From Scenedesmus sp. PABB004 (taxonomy: Eukaryota): DNA of 64,000 bases. The stretch lies in assembly GCA_014905635.1 (NCBI GenBank), contig JABVCE010000004.1, positions 1,240,001-1,304,000 of the forward strand, given 5' to 3'. The position numbers and the translations under genes are program-made. The first letter of the stretch is position 1. Every line of letters starts with the position of its first letter. The notes under the pieces are model-generated. The model searched no databases. It saw only the letters and a list, made by a program, of their open reading frames with translations, and was not told the DNA's origin. Of this stretch, positions 48,374-60,600 are shown in pieces.

Positions 48374-50648
48374 ATGGCCACCTCCGGGGCTCGCGCGCGC
48401 GGGCTGCTGCTCGCGGCGGGCCTCGCGCTCTGTTGCGTCGGCGCCAGGTGCGCGCGCTGCGGCCGCCCGCGCGCGCGCAGGGGCTTGGTGCTGGAGCGCC
48501 GGCGCATCATTCGGCCGGCGCGGAACGCATCAGCGGCTCTCCTGCGTGTGCACGTGCCGGTGTGACCCGATTCTGCTGCTGCTGCTGCTCCGGTGCGCAG
48601 GGCCGAGAACCGGACGTCCTTCGTCATCAGCGTCTATCACCTGGTCGCGGGGAGCCAGCCCTACCCGCGCGGGGCAAACAGCAAGATGGTCACGGTGCGG
48701 CGCGGGGAGCGTGCAACCAAAAAAACGCGCGCTGCGCGCCGCCGCGCGCCGCCCGGCCACCGCCGACGCGCCGCCTGCCGCCTGCCACCGGCGCGCGCCG
48801 CCCGCAGATCGGCGTGGGCGGCGTGTCGTCGCCGCGCGTGCTCTACAACTTCACCGTCGACAGCGGCAGCGGGCTGCTCATCGCGACGTGCAAGACCAAC
48901 GCGTCGACCGCCAACTGCGGCGGCAACCTGCCGGCGGCGACCAACTACGTGCTCACGCCGCAGGCCACGCTCAGCGGCCCCGCGGCGTGCAACGCGACGG
49001 GCGTGAGCTGCATGCTCAGCAACAAGCAGTGCTTCTTCACGCAGCTCCTCACCGGCAGCCCGGGGACGGGGAACATCAACAACGGCAAGTTTGCGCAGGA
49101 CACCGTCACGATCGCCAACGTGCGCGGCGGCCCGCTGCGGTTCAAGGGCATCGCCGCGTGCGCGGAGGCCTACTTCTCGTGCCAGAACCCGGCCGACCCG
49201 AGCTGCCTCACCAACAACTCCTACTGCCCCGCGCCAAACCAGCCGTACGAGCAGCTGCTGACCGGCCCCTGCCCGGGGTCCAACTACGGCATCGAGGCAG
49301 GGTGGACGTGGAGCACGGGCGGCGCCGTCGCCGGCGCGAGCGTGCAGTCCGTGCCGGAGCAGGTGTTCAACGCGGGGCTCATCCCCGAGAAAGTGGTGCG
49401 CCGCGACGCGACGCGACGCGCGGCGAGGCGACGCGCCGCGACGCCCCGGCGGCCGCCGCGCGACGGCGCGCACGCAGGCGCCCGCGTGCCCCTCGGCCGC
49501 GCCCCGCGCGCCCCGAGCCCGCCGCCGCGCCGCGCCGCGCCGCCGCCGCCGCAGACGGGCTTCTGCTTCCGGCAGCCCCAGAAGGACGCCAACTGCGCGA
49601 ACGAGCTGCGCTCCAACAGCTTCGTCGTCCTGGGCAACAAGCGCCCGCTCGAGGTCGACGCCCCGGGCGCGCCGCCGCTCCAGTCGGCGCCGCTCGTCTA
49701 CGCCGTCTTCCCCTTTCCCACACAGCAGGGCGTGCCGCAGACGCAGACGTTCCGCAGCAACGTCGAGGCCACGGCGGTGCCGAGCTTTGGCGGCGGCAAG
49801 CCGGCACGCGCGAACTACAGCGGCACCGGCGTCAGCGTGTTGTGGGACACAGGCGCGCGCCGCGGCCGCGCGGCCCGCGCGCCCAGGTGACCCCCCCCCC
49901 CCCTCACGCGCACGCTCCGGCACGCGCTGCCGCGCGCCGCGGACGCAGGCGCGTACGGCCAGTCCACCGTCCCGCCGCCGACGTACAACGCGTTCGTGGA
50001 TTACTACACCGCCGGCTACGCCGCCGCCGCCAAGCAGGCGGCGGCAAAGGGCTGGAGCATCACCGCCTGCCCGTCGGCGTTTGCGATGTGCGGCAGCAAC
50101 GTCCCAGCCGCGGCGCACGCGTGCCAGCAGATCCTGCTGCCGTCCAACGCGACCGGCGCGACGATCAAGCAGGCCAAGCTGCTGCTCGAGAGCATGTACC
50201 CGCCCAAAATTGACATCGCGCTCCAGGGCGGCGCCGTGGCCAGGCTCCCGACCGCTTTCCCGCTGTCCATCTGCACCACCGGCCCCGAGCCGGGCGCGCA
50301 GCCCTTCACCAACACCGCGGGCGTGGCGGTGTGCAGCTACGTGCAGAACGCCACCGTGGGCAGCTACTTCTGGCTCGCGGGGCCGTGGTTCTTTGGGCGC
50401 TTCGTGCAGGCGAGGCCGCGCGCTGCGGGGACGCGCGCGCGCGTACCCGTCTGAGCCGGGCGCGTGCGCGTGCGCTGCGCGAGCTCACCGCGCCGCCCCC
50501 CGCCCGCCCGCCCGCCCGCCCGCCCGCCCGCCCGCCCGCCCGCGCTCCACAGTTCAACGCGTCCGGCCCCATGCCCGGCTACGCCGGTTCCGTGGGGACC
50601 GTGTCCTTTAGCGAGCGCCTCTCGAGCTGCAAGTTTGACTATCCCTGA
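48374..50648 (+). CDS. Secreted pepsin-like (A1) aspartic protease
   Basis: Signal peptide (LLLAAGLALCCVGA); catalytic motifs FTVDSGS and VLWDTGA; C-terminal WLAGPWFFGRFVQFN..GTVSFS..C; Cys-rich with N-glycosylation sequons. Confidence 0.72.
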
Positions 50649-50673
50649 TCAAGTTTGACTATTCCTGATCAAG
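50630..50673 (+). repeat. 20-nt tandem duplication spanning the protease stop codon
   Basis: CAAGTTTGACTATCCCTGAT followed by CAAGTTTGACTATTCCTGAT and CAAG. Confidence 0.9.
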
Positions 50674-51073
50674 GCTCGCGAGCCACGACGCCGCAGCCAC
50701 CTGGCCCTCCCTGCCCCGGATCTGTCTTCGGATGCTTCGCATGCTTACGCCCGAGCTGCCGGCCGCTTCTGTGCGTGCCCTTCCCACGAGTTTACGCACG
50801 GCGACGCTGGGACCAGCGCGTCGGGCCCGCGGGTTTTGCGTTAGCTGCTAACGGTCCACCTTGCCGCCCGGCAGCGCCAACTGCGGCCTGCCGCGTGTGT
50901 GCTCAACATTGCAGCCGCTCTCAACGAGCTGGCGCCTGGAGCGGCCGCTCTGGCACTTCCTTCTCCAATATCAGAGAGCTGTCGGCGCCACAGCCTGCAT
51001 TTTGACCTGGCCGCGCATCCGCGTGGCGGCATCGAACGGGGTCATCGATTGACGGTGTTAACTACGCGGCGCC

Positions 51074-51078
51074 TGTAA
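51074..51078 (+). terminator. TGTAA polyadenylation signal, probably for the aspartic protease gene
   Basis: cctgtaacg lies at the end of a lower-GC 3'UTR-like stretch. Confidence 0.5.
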
Positions 51079-51131
51079 CGCGGCGCGTCTTGCAGCGCTG
51101 CACCCACCCGTCCGCCGCCCCGGCCGCGCCG

Positions 51132-51448
51132 CTACCGCTGCCGCCGCTGCTGCTCGCCTGTCATCTCGCCGCCTGCTCGGCGGGCCTCCGGTGCAGCCAG
51201 CAGGCTGGGGTTGGCCACCACCGCCGCTGCCACGTCCGCGGGCGGCAGCCCCGACTGCGCCTGCATGCTCGCGAGGCGCGCCAGCAGCAGCTCGGGCGGC
51301 CGCAGCAGCAGTTGCGGGTTGGCGAGCGCCAACGCGCGCACAGCAGGCGGCGCGGGGGGCGGCGGCTGCCACGCGGCGCCCGACCGCTCTCGCCGCAGGC
51401 GCTCCTGCGCCGGCGGCAGCTGCCGCCGCCCGCCGCCGACGCCGTTGT

Positions 51449-51480
<32 letters not shown>

Positions 51481-52414
51481 TGCGCCGCGAGCTGCTGCAG
51501 CTCGCCCAGTAGCTCCAGCGTCCGCTGCCAGTGGCTGCTTGCGGGCAGCAGCGCCGGCTGCTGGGCGACCAGCGCGGCCAGCTGCGCGTGCTCCAGGCCG
51601 AGGGTCGCCGCCATGGCCTGCAGCCGCCGGCGCAGGTGCTTGGCGCCCCACGACAGCAGCAGGGGCTCCTGCAGCACGAGCTGGCGCCGCGACGGCGGCG
51701 GCGGCGGCAGCGACTGAGCTGGCGCGCAGCTGCGCCCTGCACCGCGCGCGGGCCGCGCGCCCGCCGCACCTGCGCCACGTCGGCGCCCGGCCCGAGCGCG
51801 AGCCGCAGCTCGCCCACGCGCGCCTCAAACTCGGCCAGCGACACGCCCAGCAGCTTGGGCCGCGCCGCCAGCGCCGCCGCGAGGCGCGCCGGCGGCACGG
51901 CGAGGAGGCCGGCCATCTCGCGCAGCTTGTCCGCCAGCCGCGCGTGGTGAAAGTTGGCCAGCGGCGGCCACGCGCGCAGCATCGCGGCCGCCGCCGCCGG
52001 CGTCACCCCCAGCGCGGCCGCCAGGCTGGCGGGGCGGCTGCGCGCGTGCCGCGCCGCGTTGGCGCCCGCCGCGCCCGGCGGCGGCAGCGGCGCGCCGTCG
52101 CCGGGCTGGGCGGGCGGCGCCGGCGGGCGCGCCGGCTGGGCCGGCTGCGCGCCTGCGTGCGTCAGCGCGCAGGGGTGAGCGGCGTGCGGCCGCGTGCCGG
52201 CGGCGGCGGCAGCAGGAGCGGCAGCAGCGGCGCCGACGCTCGCACCCGCCCACTGGCTGGGCCGGACGATCAATGGTCGCGCCGCGCCGTCGGGAGATCG
52301 GAACGCCTTCGAGCGGGCGCCGCGAGCTCCGCCGCGTGCGGGGCGGCCGCTGGCCGGCGCGACGCCGCGGCTGTCGGCGTGCGCTGCTGCCGCCGGCGCC
52401 GCCGCTGGACGCAT
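51132..52414 (-). CDS. mTERF-like helical repeat protein, probably organellar
   Basis: About 35-aa repeats ending in xPxLL (RAWPPLA, ARPKLL, QEPLLL, QQPALL, ANPQLL, ANPSLL); R/A/S-rich N-terminus; in-frame intron 52153-52245. Confidence 0.7.
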
Positions 52415-52479
52415 GGGCGCTGATCCCCCTGCACGGAACCGCTGCGAGAGTGCCGTCGGGTGGGCCGTGAGAAGGCGAG

Positions 52480-54291
52480 TTACACGTCGTCACTGCCGCC
52501 GCCGTCGTGCGGCTGCTCGCCGCCCGCCTCGTCGCCGGCGGGGCGCAGCGCGAGACGCACGGGCAGGCCGCCGGTCTTGGCGAGCAGGCCGACCAGGTAG
52601 TTGACCACGAACACCATGCCCGGCAGGTGCCCCTTGCCCACGACCGCGACGACGGGCCCGCTCCGCCCGCGCGCCTTGACGTGCGCGTCCATCGCCCACG
52701 TGTTGGTCGCGAGCACCTGGGCGCAGCGTGCAGCGGCGTGGGCGCGGGCCGGCGGCACGCCGCAGCCTGCCGCGCGCGCGCCGCAGCCTCGCTGCGCGCG
52801 CGCGCGCACCCAGTTGCGGTCGTGCAGCAGGGGGCGCATGACCTCCGGGTATGCCTCGCTGAACTCCTCCAGCAGCAGCTCCACCACGTCCTGGTCCGCG
52901 AGGCTCGCGACCGTCTCCTCGTCGATCTGCCGGCCCGACGGCGCGCCGCGGCGCGGGGCGGGCGTCGGCGCGCGCGGGCCGCGGCCGGCGCGGCCGGCGC
53001 GGCCGGCGCGGCCGGCGCGGCCGGCGCGCGGCGCTGCGCTGCACCCCCGCGAGCAGGCCCGTGACCAGGTCCCAGAGGAAGCGGAGGCGCCGCCACGGCG
53101 CGAGCGCGCCCCACAGCCCGAGCAGCGTGTCCACGACCGCGCGGTCGCCCGGCACGCAGTGCGCGAGCCACGTGTCGCCCGCGCCGGCGTCGCCGCCGCC
53201 GCCGGCCTGCTCGCCGCGCGCCGCCGCGCGCGCCGTGCACTGCTCGATGAGCACCTCGCGCGCGGCGATAAAGTCGATGCCCGCCCGCACCTCCAGCTTG
53301 CCTGCGGGCCGCGGCCGGGCACGGGGGCGGGCGTGCGGGCGCGGGTGTGTGCGGGCGCGGGTGTGTGCGGGCGCGGGAGCGCGCGCCGGCCCCGCGGCGC
53401 GCGCGGGCGGCGGCGCCGCCGCCGCGGCGGCGGCGGCGCGGGCGGTCACCCTCGAGCTGGCTGTAGAGGCCGCCGAAGAGGGACTGCAGCACGTTGTGGT
53501 CGCGCGCGGCGCCCGCGGCACGCAGCACGTCGGCGACGCCCCGCGGCCGCGCCGCGGCGGCCGCGGCGGCCTTTTCGGGGCAGGGCGCGAGGTCGTGGAT
53601 CGGGTCGGCGTACGGCTCTATCAGGATGCCCCGCAGCCGCGGCTCGCACAGCTCCAGCACCACCATCGACGGCTGCACCGCCTGCGCGGCCGCGGCCGCG
53701 AGGCAGGGGCGCGCGTGGGCGGCGGGCGGGCGGCGGGGAGGCGCGGGCCGGGCGGGGCGGGCGGCCGTGCGCCGCCTGCCGGCGGGCGCGGGCGCTGCGG
53801 CGCTTGCGCGCGTCAGGCGCGGCGCGCACCCGCAGCACGGCCTTGACGTCCGCCGCGCTCTGCTTCGACACGTGCACGGTGCCCACGAAGAAGAGCAGCT
53901 CCGGCGGCGGCGCGCCCAGGCAGGCCTGCAGCGCGGGGCTCTCCAGCATGGCCCGCACGTCGGCGTCATCGAGCCCCGGCGGCGCCGCACCGCGCTGCGC
54001 CGCGACCGCCTCGGCGACGAGCGCCGCCGGCCGCAGCGCGAGCAGCACGCCCGAGTCGACGAGCGGCAGCAGCTCGGGGTGGCGCTCCGCGACGAGCGCG
54101 CGCGTCGCCGCGGCGGCGGCGGCCGGGCGGAAGTCGTTGGGCGCGATGCAGTTGTGCGCGACCGAGCGACTGCGGTCGACGCTCGTGAGCACGTGGTGCA
54201 GCCAGCGGGCGACGCGGTAGAGCAGCCGCGCGAGCAGCAGGCCCACCGCCGCCGCAATGACCCGCCGCCGCGTGATCGTCGGCGCCTGCAT
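52480..54291 (-). CDS. TraB/PrgY/GumN-domain protein
   Basis: FFVGTVHVSKQSAADV, QPSMVVLELCEPR, GIDFIAA, GDR, YPEVMRPLLHDRN, VVAVVGKGHLPGM; N-terminal TM helix. Confidence 0.88.
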
Positions 54292-54734
54292 CGCGCCGGC
54301 GTGGGCCGGGAGCCGGCGGGCGGCGCGGCTGCGGGCACCGGGCACGGCTGCGGGCACGGGGCGCGGGCGGGGCCCCGCTGGGCGCTGGTGCGGGCCGCGC
54401 TGGGAGCGGCGGCTCGAGCGCGCGAAGCAGCAGCAGCGGCGGTTGGCGGCGCCGGCGATCGGGGGCCGGGGGGCGCGGGAGTGGCGGGCAGGACGGCAGG
54501 CGGCCGGGGGGCTCACACACAGCGGCTCTGCGCCGATCAACCGCGGCGCAGAGCCGCGGCGTCGCGACGAGCGCCGAGACCTGAGCTCCAGCGCGCCGGC
54601 GGCGCTGGCCGGTCCAATTGTGCGTCGCGTCGCGGCCGTCGGCCGACTGCGCTGCTCCCCGCGCGCCCAACGCGCGTTCAGTCGGCGGCAACAGCAGCGG
54701 CGGCAGCAGCGCACTCGAGCCTCCTGCAGGTCGG

Positions 54735-56075
54735 ATGCAGCGCCTGCGGCTCCGCCTCGCCGACGTCGCGCCGGGACAGCTCCGGCCGGGGTCCAGCCTC
54801 GGCCAGCGCGTCGCGCGGCGCGCGCGCATGGCGGTCGCAGCAGCGGCGCGGGCGCCGGCACCGAGCAGCCTGGCGGCGCGCTTCGGCGCCGCCGACGCGG
54901 AGGGGCCGTTTGCCGTGTCGGTGCTGGGCGACCTGCACCTGGAGCCGGCGCAGATGCACCTGTTTGAGGACGCGCGGCGCCACCTGGCCGCCGCGATGGC
55001 CCCGGCGGGCGCGGGCGCGCGCGTCGTGCAGCTCGGCGACCTCGGCGGCTACCAGCACCAGCCCGGCTCGCGCGCGTGCTTCGAGACGGCGCGGCAGTAC
55101 CTGTCGGGCTTTGGCGTGCCGGTCAGCCTCATCCTGGGCAACCACGGTGCGGCCGCGGGGCGGCGCGCGCGGGGCGCGCTGCGCCGCGCCGCGCCGCGCC
55201 GCCGCGCCGCGGCGCCCGACCCTGTGCGGCGGCAACACCCTGCACACGCGCAGACCTCGAGGGCGAGGAGTTTGAGTCTGACCCCGAGAACCTGGCGGCC
55301 TGGCAGGCGGCGTTCGGGCAGCACCACTTCTGGGCGGAGCGCCTCGGCCCAGTGCTCGCAATCGGCCTCAGCACGGTGCGCTTCCGCTCCAACGAGCACA
55401 GGTGCGCGTGCGAGGCCGACGCAGCCGCAGCTGCGGTCCCGTTGGACCCTGGACCCTGAGACCCGCCTCCCGGCCCGCCCCGCAGCGTGCACGAGGTGCA
55501 CGTGGACGAGGAGCAGCTCGCGTGGTTTGAGGGCGTCCTGGCCGCCAACGCGGACCGCCCCGTGGTGGTCTTCACGCACGCGCCGCCCATGGGCAGCGGC
55601 CTCAAGGCGTGTGCGCGCGCTTCGGCGGCGGCGGCGGCCGGCCGCGCGCGGGCGGGCTGCGGCGCAGTTTGCGGCCCGCCGAGGCCCCGGCAGACGCACA
55701 CCTGCGCCGCCGGCCGCCGGCCGCCGCCGGTGCAGGTGGTTGAGAACGTGCACGTCAAGAACCGCTGCGCGTGGCTCAACCACAGCGACCGCCCGGAGCG
55801 CTTCATCCGCGCGGTCGAGGCGCACCCCAACGTCAAGCTCTGGTTCAGCGGCCACTTCCACCTGTGCGCCCCCGCCGCCGGGAGCAGCAGCAGCGCGCTG
55901 GGCCGGCGCCGGCAGCAGCGTGCGCGCGGCCAGCGTGCACCACCCGGGCTCACGCGCCAGCCCGCCCGCAGGTCGCAAAACTACGTGGACAGCATCAGCG
56001 TCGTGGGCGGCTGCGCCTTTGTGCAGACGGGCGTCATCGGCGACTGCAACCGCGACGGCAACCGGTGCGCCGCCG

Positions 56076-56106
<31 letters not shown>

Positions 56107-57366
56107 GCCGCGCTCGCGCGAGCCCCACTGCCGCCGCCGCCGCCGCGTGCTGCGTGCCGCGCCACACACAGGCAGTCGCGGCTGCTGCGCTTTGACGCAC
56201 AGGGCTACCAGCTGCTGTCCGTGGACCACGGCAACGGCGGTGCGCGCCACGCCCCGCCCGCCGGCAGCGGCGCGCCAGCCCCCGCTGCACGCCCCGGCGC
56301 GGCCCGGCCGCGCGTGCGCCTCATGCCGCGCCCCACGCCGCGCGCGCCCCACGCCGCGCCCCATGCCGCGCCCCACGCCGCGCCCCACGCCGCGCCTCAC
56401 GCCGCGCCCCATGCCGCGCCCCGCGCCGCGCCTCACGCCGCGCCCCACGCCGCGCCGCACGCCGCCCCCCCCCCCCCCCCGCGCCAGGCAAGCTGCGGCT
56501 CGACCTCGCGCACGCGTGGGCGTCGGCGGCGCCGCCTGCGCCGCTCATCCCCGAGCACGACCTCATCCCCGACCCCAGCGCAGGCTGGCTCTGCAGGTGC
56601 GCGCGCGGGCACGCACGCGCGGGGCCGCGGCGCCGGCGGCGGCGGCCCTGCTCGCGCGCGCGCGGCCCGTGTGACGCCCCTGCACGGCGCGCCCGCCGCC
56701 GCCGCGCAGCCGGCTGGAGTGCGGCGTGACCGCGAGCGCCGACGAGGAGCTGCCGGCTGTCAAGTGGCTGCCCGCGGGGCCCAACTGCCTGCTCGCTGTG
56801 CAGGTGGGGGCCGCTCTCTCTCCCCGCCCGCGCGGCGCGGCGGCGCGCGCCCGCCGCTGCGGCGCTTGGGCGTGTGCCGGGCGCGCCGCCGACCGCCGCC
56901 CGCCGCCCGGTGCGGCTGCGCAGGACGGCATGGTGGTCGAGTACGACATGGCGATGCGCGCGCCGGTGGGCGTGGTGGCCTTCCTGGAGGAGGGTGAGAG
57001 GGAGGGAGGTCGATTGGGAAGGGGGGGGGGGGGGCGGCGCGCGCACACAGGGCGCGCGCGCGCTCGCTCGCGGTGGCGGCGGCCGGGCGCCCACCGCGCC
57101 GCGCTGCGCCGCGCCGCGCGCGCGCAGGCCAGGAGGCGAGCCTCGTCGCCGCGAACGGGGGGCCGCCGGCCGCCGCGGACGGCAGCGACGCCGATGCGGT
57201 GCTGCTGCGCGGCGGCGCGGGCGGCGAGGTCGCGCTGCCGCGCAACGGGGCGGGCGGCTTCTACCGCATCTTCCAGGCCAACAAGTGGAAGGCCAAGCGC
57301 GCGGCGGCGGCCGCTGCCGCGGCGGCCGCTGCCGCGGCGGCCGCGGGCGGCGTGCTCGTGTCGTGA
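54735..57366 (+). CDS. Calcineurin-like metallophosphoesterase with transit peptide
   Basis: Metal-binding motifs LGDLH, QLGDLG, ILGNH|D, VFTHAP, WFSGHFH; about 10 exons. Confidence 0.88.
56323..56465. repeat. 12-nt minisatellite (GCCGCGCCCCAC-like), about 11 copies, intronic
   Basis: Degenerate tandem array in a metallophosphoesterase intron. Confidence 0.85.
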
Positions 57367-57663
57367 GCTGGCGCCGGGCGGGCGGCGGGAGGGAGGTAGC
57401 GGGACGCGAGCGCTCACTTGCATTCTTGGAGCGGCGGCAGCACTGCTGCGAGAGAGGGCTGGGCGCGGGCCGGGAACGAGAGAGAGAGAGAGCTCGCGGC
57501 GTCACTTGAGCTCGGCTGAAGCGCGAGCGCGCGCGGCGGCGCGGCCCGACGCCGCCGGCCGCAGGCGTCCGCTGCGCGCTCGCCAGCGCCGCAGTTTCCA
57601 CTGACCTACGCACGTCCACATCAGCCAGCCAGCTCGCGTCCAGGATGCCACCGAGTTGAGAGG

Positions 57664-60600
57664 ATGGCGGGCGCCCGGCCGCTGGCCGCCCGGCTGAGCG
57701 GCGCGGACGCTGAGCGTGACGTCCCCGATGATGCCGGCAGCACGTGGAAGTCGCCCGCGGGCGCGTTGGCCGCGGGCAAGCGCGCCAGCACCGCGCTCCT
57801 CGAGCCCGTCCCGCTCAGACGGCCGTCGGCGTCCGGCGACGGATGCCCCGTCGACGCCAGCCCGGCGCCGGGCAGCGAGCGGGCCGAGCGGTGGGTGGGC
57901 CCGGCGGCGCCAACAGCAGCGGCGCGCCGCGCCGCCGGCGGTTGCGCGCCGGGCCGCGACGCCGCCGCCGGGGGCGCCCGCGGCGCCGCCTGGCCGCCCC
58001 GCACCTCCCACGGCGCGCCGGGCCTGAGCTGCCGCCGCTCGTTCAAACGCTCGCGCAGGCGCAGCAGCGGCGGCGCGGGCCTCGCGGGCCTGCGCGCGGC
58101 GCTGAGCAGCGAGGGCGTGCGCCTGGCGGCGGCCGGCGGCGGCGGCTCGTCGCTCGACTTTGCGCGCATGGCCGCGGAGCTGCAGGAGCGCACGTCGCGC
58201 ATCACGAGCCTGCAGCGCCGCCAGGAGCAGATCGACGCGCTGCGCTCGTCTCGCCTCGCGCTCGCGGCCGGTGCGCGACAACCGGCGCGGCGGCGGCGCG
58301 GCCAGCCGGCAGCGGCGCTCTGTCGGCCGCGACCGGGCATCGCCGCCAACGGCCGCCGCCGCCGCCGCCGCCGACCCGCAGGCGGACCGCGGCCCGACAG
58401 CAGCGTGGACGGCGGCGGCGCGGCGACGCCGTCGGCGGCCGCGGCGCCACCGGGCAGCCCGGGCGGCGCGCTCGGCAGCCCTGCGGCGCGCTCGGGCAGC
58501 AGCCAGATCGCTGCCCAGCTGTTCAGGGTGCGCCACGCGGCCGCGCGGCGGCGGCCCCGGCCCCGGCAGGCGCCGCAGCGCCCCCACCGCGCGCCGCACC
58601 TCCCGCGCCCTGCTCCCTGCTGCCCGCCCCAGGCCGCGCCCGACATCGTGCCAGAGCTGCAGGCCAAGCTCGCGGCGTTTGAGGGCAACCTGCGCCAGCT
58701 GCGCGCCGCGTCGGCGGCGGGCGCCGCGGGCCGCGCGGCGGCGCTGAGCACGCACAGCAGCACGGAGCAGCCGCCCACGCCGGCGCGCGCGCTGGCTGGC
58801 GCGCCGCCGCCGCAGCCGGCGCAGGCGCCGCCGCAGCCGCCGGCGCCGGGGCTCGCGGCGGCGGCGGCGCTCGCGCAGGCGGGGCTGGTGCAGCTGCAGG
58901 AGGTCACCGCGGTGTCGGCGGCGCTGCGCCCCGTCGTTGCGAGCGTGAGCGGCGCGGCGGCGGACGTGCAGCGGCGGCTGGTGGAGCTGGACAGCTTCTT
59001 CAAGCAGCACCCCCAGTTTTACGACGCCGCGGCGCTGCGGCACCTCGTCGCGGCGCACAAGCAGCTGCAGCAGGAGCTGTTTGCCAAGGAGCAGGCGCTG
59101 GACGCGGCGCTGGGCGCGGTGCGCGAGGCGCGGCACACGCCCGCCGACAAGCGCGCCGCGGCGCTGCAGGGCGAGGTCGCGCTGCTGCGCGAGCAGCTGC
59201 GCGCGCGCGACGCCGCGCTCGCGGCGGCGGAGGAGGACAACCGGGGCCTGCGCGAGCAGCTGGGCCTGCCGGCGCGCAGCGGTGGCGAGCGCGGCGAGCT
59301 GTCGCCCGCGCCCGGGGGTCAGCACTTCTACGGCAGCCCGGGGAGCAGCGCCGGCGGCGGCTCGCCGTGCGTCGGCCGGCGCCTGTGGGCGGCGAGCGAC
59401 GACGGCGACGGCGACGGCGCCGAGGCGGGGCAGCACAGCAGCACGGCCAGCCTCGCGAGCAGCTGCACCGCCAGCAGCCGCGGCGGCGGCGCGGCGGCGG
59501 CGGCGCGCCCGGCCGGCGGCGACGTGCGGCAGCTGGCGCTGCACCAGGCGGCGCTCGCGGCAAAGGACCAGGCGGTGCAGCAGCTCACGGCGCAGGTTGA
59601 GGAGCTGCAGGCGGCGCTCGACGCCGCGCGGCTGCAGCGTGAGCGCGCGGACGCGGGGCGGGTGTGGGGGCGGGGGGGGGGGGGGGGGGTCGTACCCGCA
59701 CGCGTGCTGCTCAGCGGCGCGCCTGCCGGCGGCGTTCGCGTTCCTTGGCCCTCTCCCCCATCTAACGCCCCGCCGCCCGCGCCGTGCCCGCACCGCGCTC
59801 GCAGCGCCGCGCGCGGCGTCGCCGCCGGCGGGGCCGCCTGCGCGGCCGCTGCCGCGGCCGCGCAGCATGCCGGAGGCGCTGCAGCAGCTCGGCGAACTGC
59901 AGCAGCTCGTGGGCAGCCTGCAGGCGCAGCTCGCGGACGCGGACGCGCGCGCGGCGGCGCGCGCGGCGGAGCGCGAGGCGACCTTCCGGCGTCAGCTGGA
60001 GGTTGAGAAGAAGCAGCACGAGTTCACGCGCACCGGCGCCCAGCTGCTGCAGGACCAGGTGGACCAGCTCGGCGAGCGCCTCGCGCTCGCGCGCGCGGCG
60101 GAGCTCTCGCTGCAGGCGCAGCTCGAGCGGTCGCAGCGCGAGGCGGCGCAGGCGCGCGCGGCCGCGCAGGGCGGCGGCGCGGCGAGCCCCGGCGCCGGCG
60201 ACGGCGACGGCGACGCGCGGGCGGCACACATGTTGCAGCTGCAGGCGCACGTGCAGGAGCAGAAGCAGGCGCTCGCAGCGCTCGGGGCCTGCCTGCAGGG
60301 CCTGCACGCGCGGCTGCGCGGCGCGGGGCGGCTGACGGGCCCCTGGCCGCCGCCGGGGCCGCAGCAGGCAGCGGCGCTGCGGCAGCTGGAGGAGGGCGTG
60401 CAGCACCTGCTGGAGCAGGCGGCCGCCGGCAGCAGGCGCAGCAGCAGCGCCGGCGGCGGCGGACGCGACCGGCCCGAGCAGCGGGCGCAGCCGACGGGCG
60501 CCGGCGGCGAGGCGGCCGCTCCGGCGGGCGGCGACGACGCCGCGGCGCTGCGCGCGGCGCTGGCAGAGGCGCGGGACGCGAACGAGCAGCTGCTGGCGAA

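Noticed and set aside
50630..50673. Short direct repeats (also 33590-33678 and 619-694) as CRISPR arrays
   Set aside because: Adjacent tandem copies without spacers, no cas genes, and a eukaryotic context.
52480..54291. TraB gene as a conjugative element or horizontal transfer
   Set aside because: TraB-domain proteins are widespread in eukaryotes, and this gene has host-type introns.
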